Below are positions 61,770 to 64,000 of a stretch of DNA of 64,000 bases, in pieces. Every line of letters starts with the position of its first letter. Position 1 is the first letter of the stretch. Source of the stretch: an uncultured candidate division Zixibacteria bacterium (lineage in GTDB: Bacteria; Zixibacteria; MSB-5A5; GN15; FEB-12); contig OY760907.1 of assembly GCA_963664195.1 (NCBI GenBank), positions 2,144,001-2,208,000 on the forward strand. Reading direction: 5' to 3'. Under the pieces are notes generated by a model. It did no database searches and was not told where the DNA came from. It saw only the letters and a list, made by a program, of their open reading frames with translations. The translations under genes were made by a program, and so were the position numbers.

Positions 61770-62501
61770 ATGGCGCAATTATCAGTTAATCTCGACGGAG
61801 TCGCGGTACTTCGCGAAGCACGCACGTTTGGTGAGCCGGACCCGGCGCAGGCGGCGGTGTTGGCTGAGATGGGTGGAGTCGATGGCTTGGCGATCCAGCT
61901 TCGTCGCGACCGCAAACACATCCGTGATCGTGATTTGTACATCCTCCGCGAAGTGGTGAAGACCAGGCTGACTATTGAGATTCCCCCCACGGATGATCTG
62001 ATCGAGCGCGTGCTTGAAGTCAAGCCGGCAATGGTGACGTTTGTTGCCGATCATGCCGACAGCGACATGCCCGTCTCCGGGATCGACTTTGCGGTGCCGG
62101 GCATTGATTTTTCCGATACCGCTACGCGGTTCAAAGGGGTTGGAACCGGTGTCTGTTTCCTGATCGAGCCGGAGACCCAGGCAGTCAAGGGAGCCTCGAA
62201 AGCGGGTGCCGATGCCGTGCTTATCAATTGCAGCGGGTTCAACGAGGCACGGACGCTCGATGAAGCACAGCGGGAGTTGGATCGTATAGATTCCTGTGCT
62301 CAGGCAGCCTCAAAAGCCGGCCTGGGCGTTTACGCCGGCGGTGGAGTCAACTACAAGAATGTCCCGGCCCTCCACGAGTTGGGGTTAATCGACGAGTTCT
62401 TTGTGGGGCATGCTGTCGTCTCACGTGCACTGCTCCGCGGCTTTGAGACCGCAGTCGCAGATATGGTGGCACTAATCAAAACCGACCGGACTCAGGGTTA
62501 G
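61770..62501 (+). CDS. PdxJ-like protein lacking key catalytic histidines
   Basis: LSVNLD, LREAR...EPDP, DRKHIRDRD, FFVGHAVVSRAL match PNP synthase; several active-site positions replaced. Confidence 0.8.
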   Translation: MAQLSVNLDGVAVLREARTFGEPDPAQAAVLAEMGGVDGLAIQLRRDRKHIRDRDLYILREVVKTRLTIEIPPTDDLIERVLEVKPAMVTFVADHADSDMPVSGIDFAVPGIDFSDTATRFKGVGTGVCFLIEPETQAVKGASKAGADAVLINCSGFNEARTLDEAQRELDRIDSCAQAASKAGLGVYAGGGVNYKNVPALHELGLIDEFFVGHAVVSRALLRGFETAVADMVALIKTDRTQG

Positions 62502-62508
62502 CACGCGA

Positions 62509-63504
62509 ATGACACCTGAGAACAACGCCGGCAGCGAGACCGTGACTATCACTGTCCCTGACGACTGTGCCCGCGAACGGCTGGATAAGTTTCTCGGTAA
62601 CCTCGACAATCTCAAGCTATCTCGTACCAAAGTAGTCAAGCTGCTTTCCGAGGGGCTGGTCCTGGTGAACGGTGCGGTTGTTGCAGGCAAGTTTGTACTC
62701 ACCGGTGGCGAGACAATTGAGATCACCGTCCCCCCCCGGACTGTCACCGAGATTATTGGCGAAGACATCCCGATTGACATCATCTACGAGGATGAGCATT
62801 TGGCGGTTGTCAACAAGCAGGCAGGGTTGGTGACGCATCCGGCGGTGGGCAATCGATCCGGGACCCTGGTCAATGCGCTGGTTCATCATTTCGGGAAGCT
62901 CTCTGAACAGGCGGGATCTGACCGTCCGGGGATCGTCCATCGCCTCGACAAAAATACTTCCGGACTGCTGGTGATTGCGCGCGACGATGAGACTTACGTA
63001 GCCTTACAGCAGGCGATTCAATCCCGCGAGTTGAAGCGCACCTACCACGCACTTATATGTGGTCACGTTCAAGAAGAACACGGGTTGATCGATTTGCCGA
63101 TTGGACGCTCCACTCGCAATCGAACACGGATGGCGATTACTTCTGTTAAGGGCCGCGAATCAGTGACTGAATACCAGTTGTTGAAACGATATCGCTCCTA
63201 TGATTTGCTGGAAGTCTCGTTGCATACGGGACGGACACACCAGATCAGAGTGCACTTCTCTCATCTCGGACACCCCGTTTTTGGCGACCCGGATTACGGT
63301 GGCCGCGAGAAATGGCACAAGGGGATGTTTGCCCCGGAACGTCCGCTGGCGAGGAAGCTGTTTGGTGTTTTTGACCGTCAGGCGTTACATGCGAAAAAGC
63401 TCGAGTTTGTCCACCCGGCGACGGGGGAGGCGATGAGTTTCGAGAGCGACCTGCCGGAAGATTTCCATAACCTTCTCGCTATGCTTGACGAAGAGGGCGC
63501 GTAA
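62509..63504 (+). CDS. rluD: RluD-type pseudouridine synthase
   Basis: S4 domain RLDKFL, GIVHRLDKNTSG, TGRTHQIRVH, QALHA. Confidence 0.93.
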   Translation: MTPENNAGSETVTITVPDDCARERLDKFLGNLDNLKLSRTKVVKLLSEGLVLVNGAVVAGKFVLTGGETIEITVPPRTVTEIIGEDIPIDIIYEDEHLAVVNKQAGLVTHPAVGNRSGTLVNALVHHFGKLSEQAGSDRPGIVHRLDKNTSGLLVIARDDETYVALQQAIQSRELKRTYHALICGHVQEEHGLIDLPIGRSTRNRTRMAITSVKGRESVTEYQLLKRYRSYDLLEVSLHTGRTHQIRVHFSHLGHPVFGDPDYGGREKWHKGMFAPERPLARKLFGVFDRQALHAKKLEFVHPATGEAMSFESDLPEDFHNLLAMLDEEGA

Positions 63505-63550
63505 GAGCGCTCCGACTCCAAAAAACAAGTCCGCTCAATGCCCTTTTTTA

Positions 63551-63579
63551 TTGCTCCAAGCCGCTCAATGGGGTAAACT
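63551..63579 (+). promoter_or_regulatory. sigma70-type promoter of mreB
   Basis: TTGCTC-N17-TAAACT. Confidence 0.55.
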
Positions 63580-63669
63580 TATCTGGATTTGTTTCGATAG
63601 TAAGGATATCGAATGCGGCTGTCCACACGGCCGTTATTTCTCAGGGATGACTGACTAAAGGGATGTACT

Positions 63670-64000
63670 TTGGGTTTCTTTGACCTACTTTCCAACGATA
63701 TTGGAATCGACCTCGGCACTGCCAACACTCTGGTTTATGTTCGCAATCAGGGTATCGTGCTCAACGAGCCGTCGGTAGTCGCAATCGAGAAAAGCACCGA
63801 GAAAATCTTGGCCATCGGTTCCGCGGCCAAAGAGATGACCGGACGTACCCCCGGCGGCATAGAAGCTATCCGCCCGCTCAAGGATGGCGTCATCGCTGAT
63901 TTCGAAATGTCGGAGCGGATGATCGCCGATTTCATCCGTCGCGTAGTCAAACACAAGTACCTGATGAAACCACGTATTGTCATTTCGGTGCCTTCGGGAA
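63670..64000 (+). CDS. mreB: Rod shape-determining protein MreB (partial, runs off the edge)
   Basis: AAAGGGA then TTG 63670; [23 protein letters not shown]...NEPSVV...[11 protein letters not shown]; absent from the ORF track. Confidence 0.95.
   Translation, partial: MGFFDLLSNDIGIDLGTANTLVYVRNQGIVLNEPSVVAIEKSTEKILAIGSAAKEMTGRTPGGIEAIRPLKDGVIADFEMSERMIADFIRRVVKHKYLMKPRIVISVPSG

Overview
Bacterial chromosomal window made mostly of housekeeping genes on the + strand. Gene content and protein style suggest an FCB-superphylum organism, probably candidate division Zixibacteria (inference, not verified). Order: a >1070-aa secreted protein running off the left edge (- strand, absent from the ORF track), tilS-hpt-ftsH-folP-cdaA-lepA, CoA transferase, TPR protein, M16 peptidase pair, lepB-hemW, heme-c MCP (-), rarA, secreted DUF, mntP (-), ruvX-small ORF-mltG, a kinase-like/NtrC/GAF operon (-), gatC-kdsB-pyrG, a six-gene surface-polysaccharide cluster, DRG-type GTPase, M13 peptidase, GDPD (-), hypotheticals, panC-NUDIX-panD-half glmU, LytR_C-rsfS-rho, ftsE-like/ftsX/envC, holB-ricT-metG-tatD-rsmA-pdxJ-like-rluD, and mreB (partial). 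No rRNA, tRNA, CRISPR array or transposase was recognised. Main observations: (1) several sigma28-type promoters, including one in front of a degenerate-kinase/NtrC/GAF module with an operator-like palindrome; (2) apparent pseudo-enzymes (PdxJ, FtsE, Hpt, histidine kinase); (3) an unlisted 50-aa membrane ORF coupled to mltG; (4) a probable CTG start; (5) several leaderless-looking genes; (6) clusters of REP-like palindromes. All motif calls were made by eye, without database searches.
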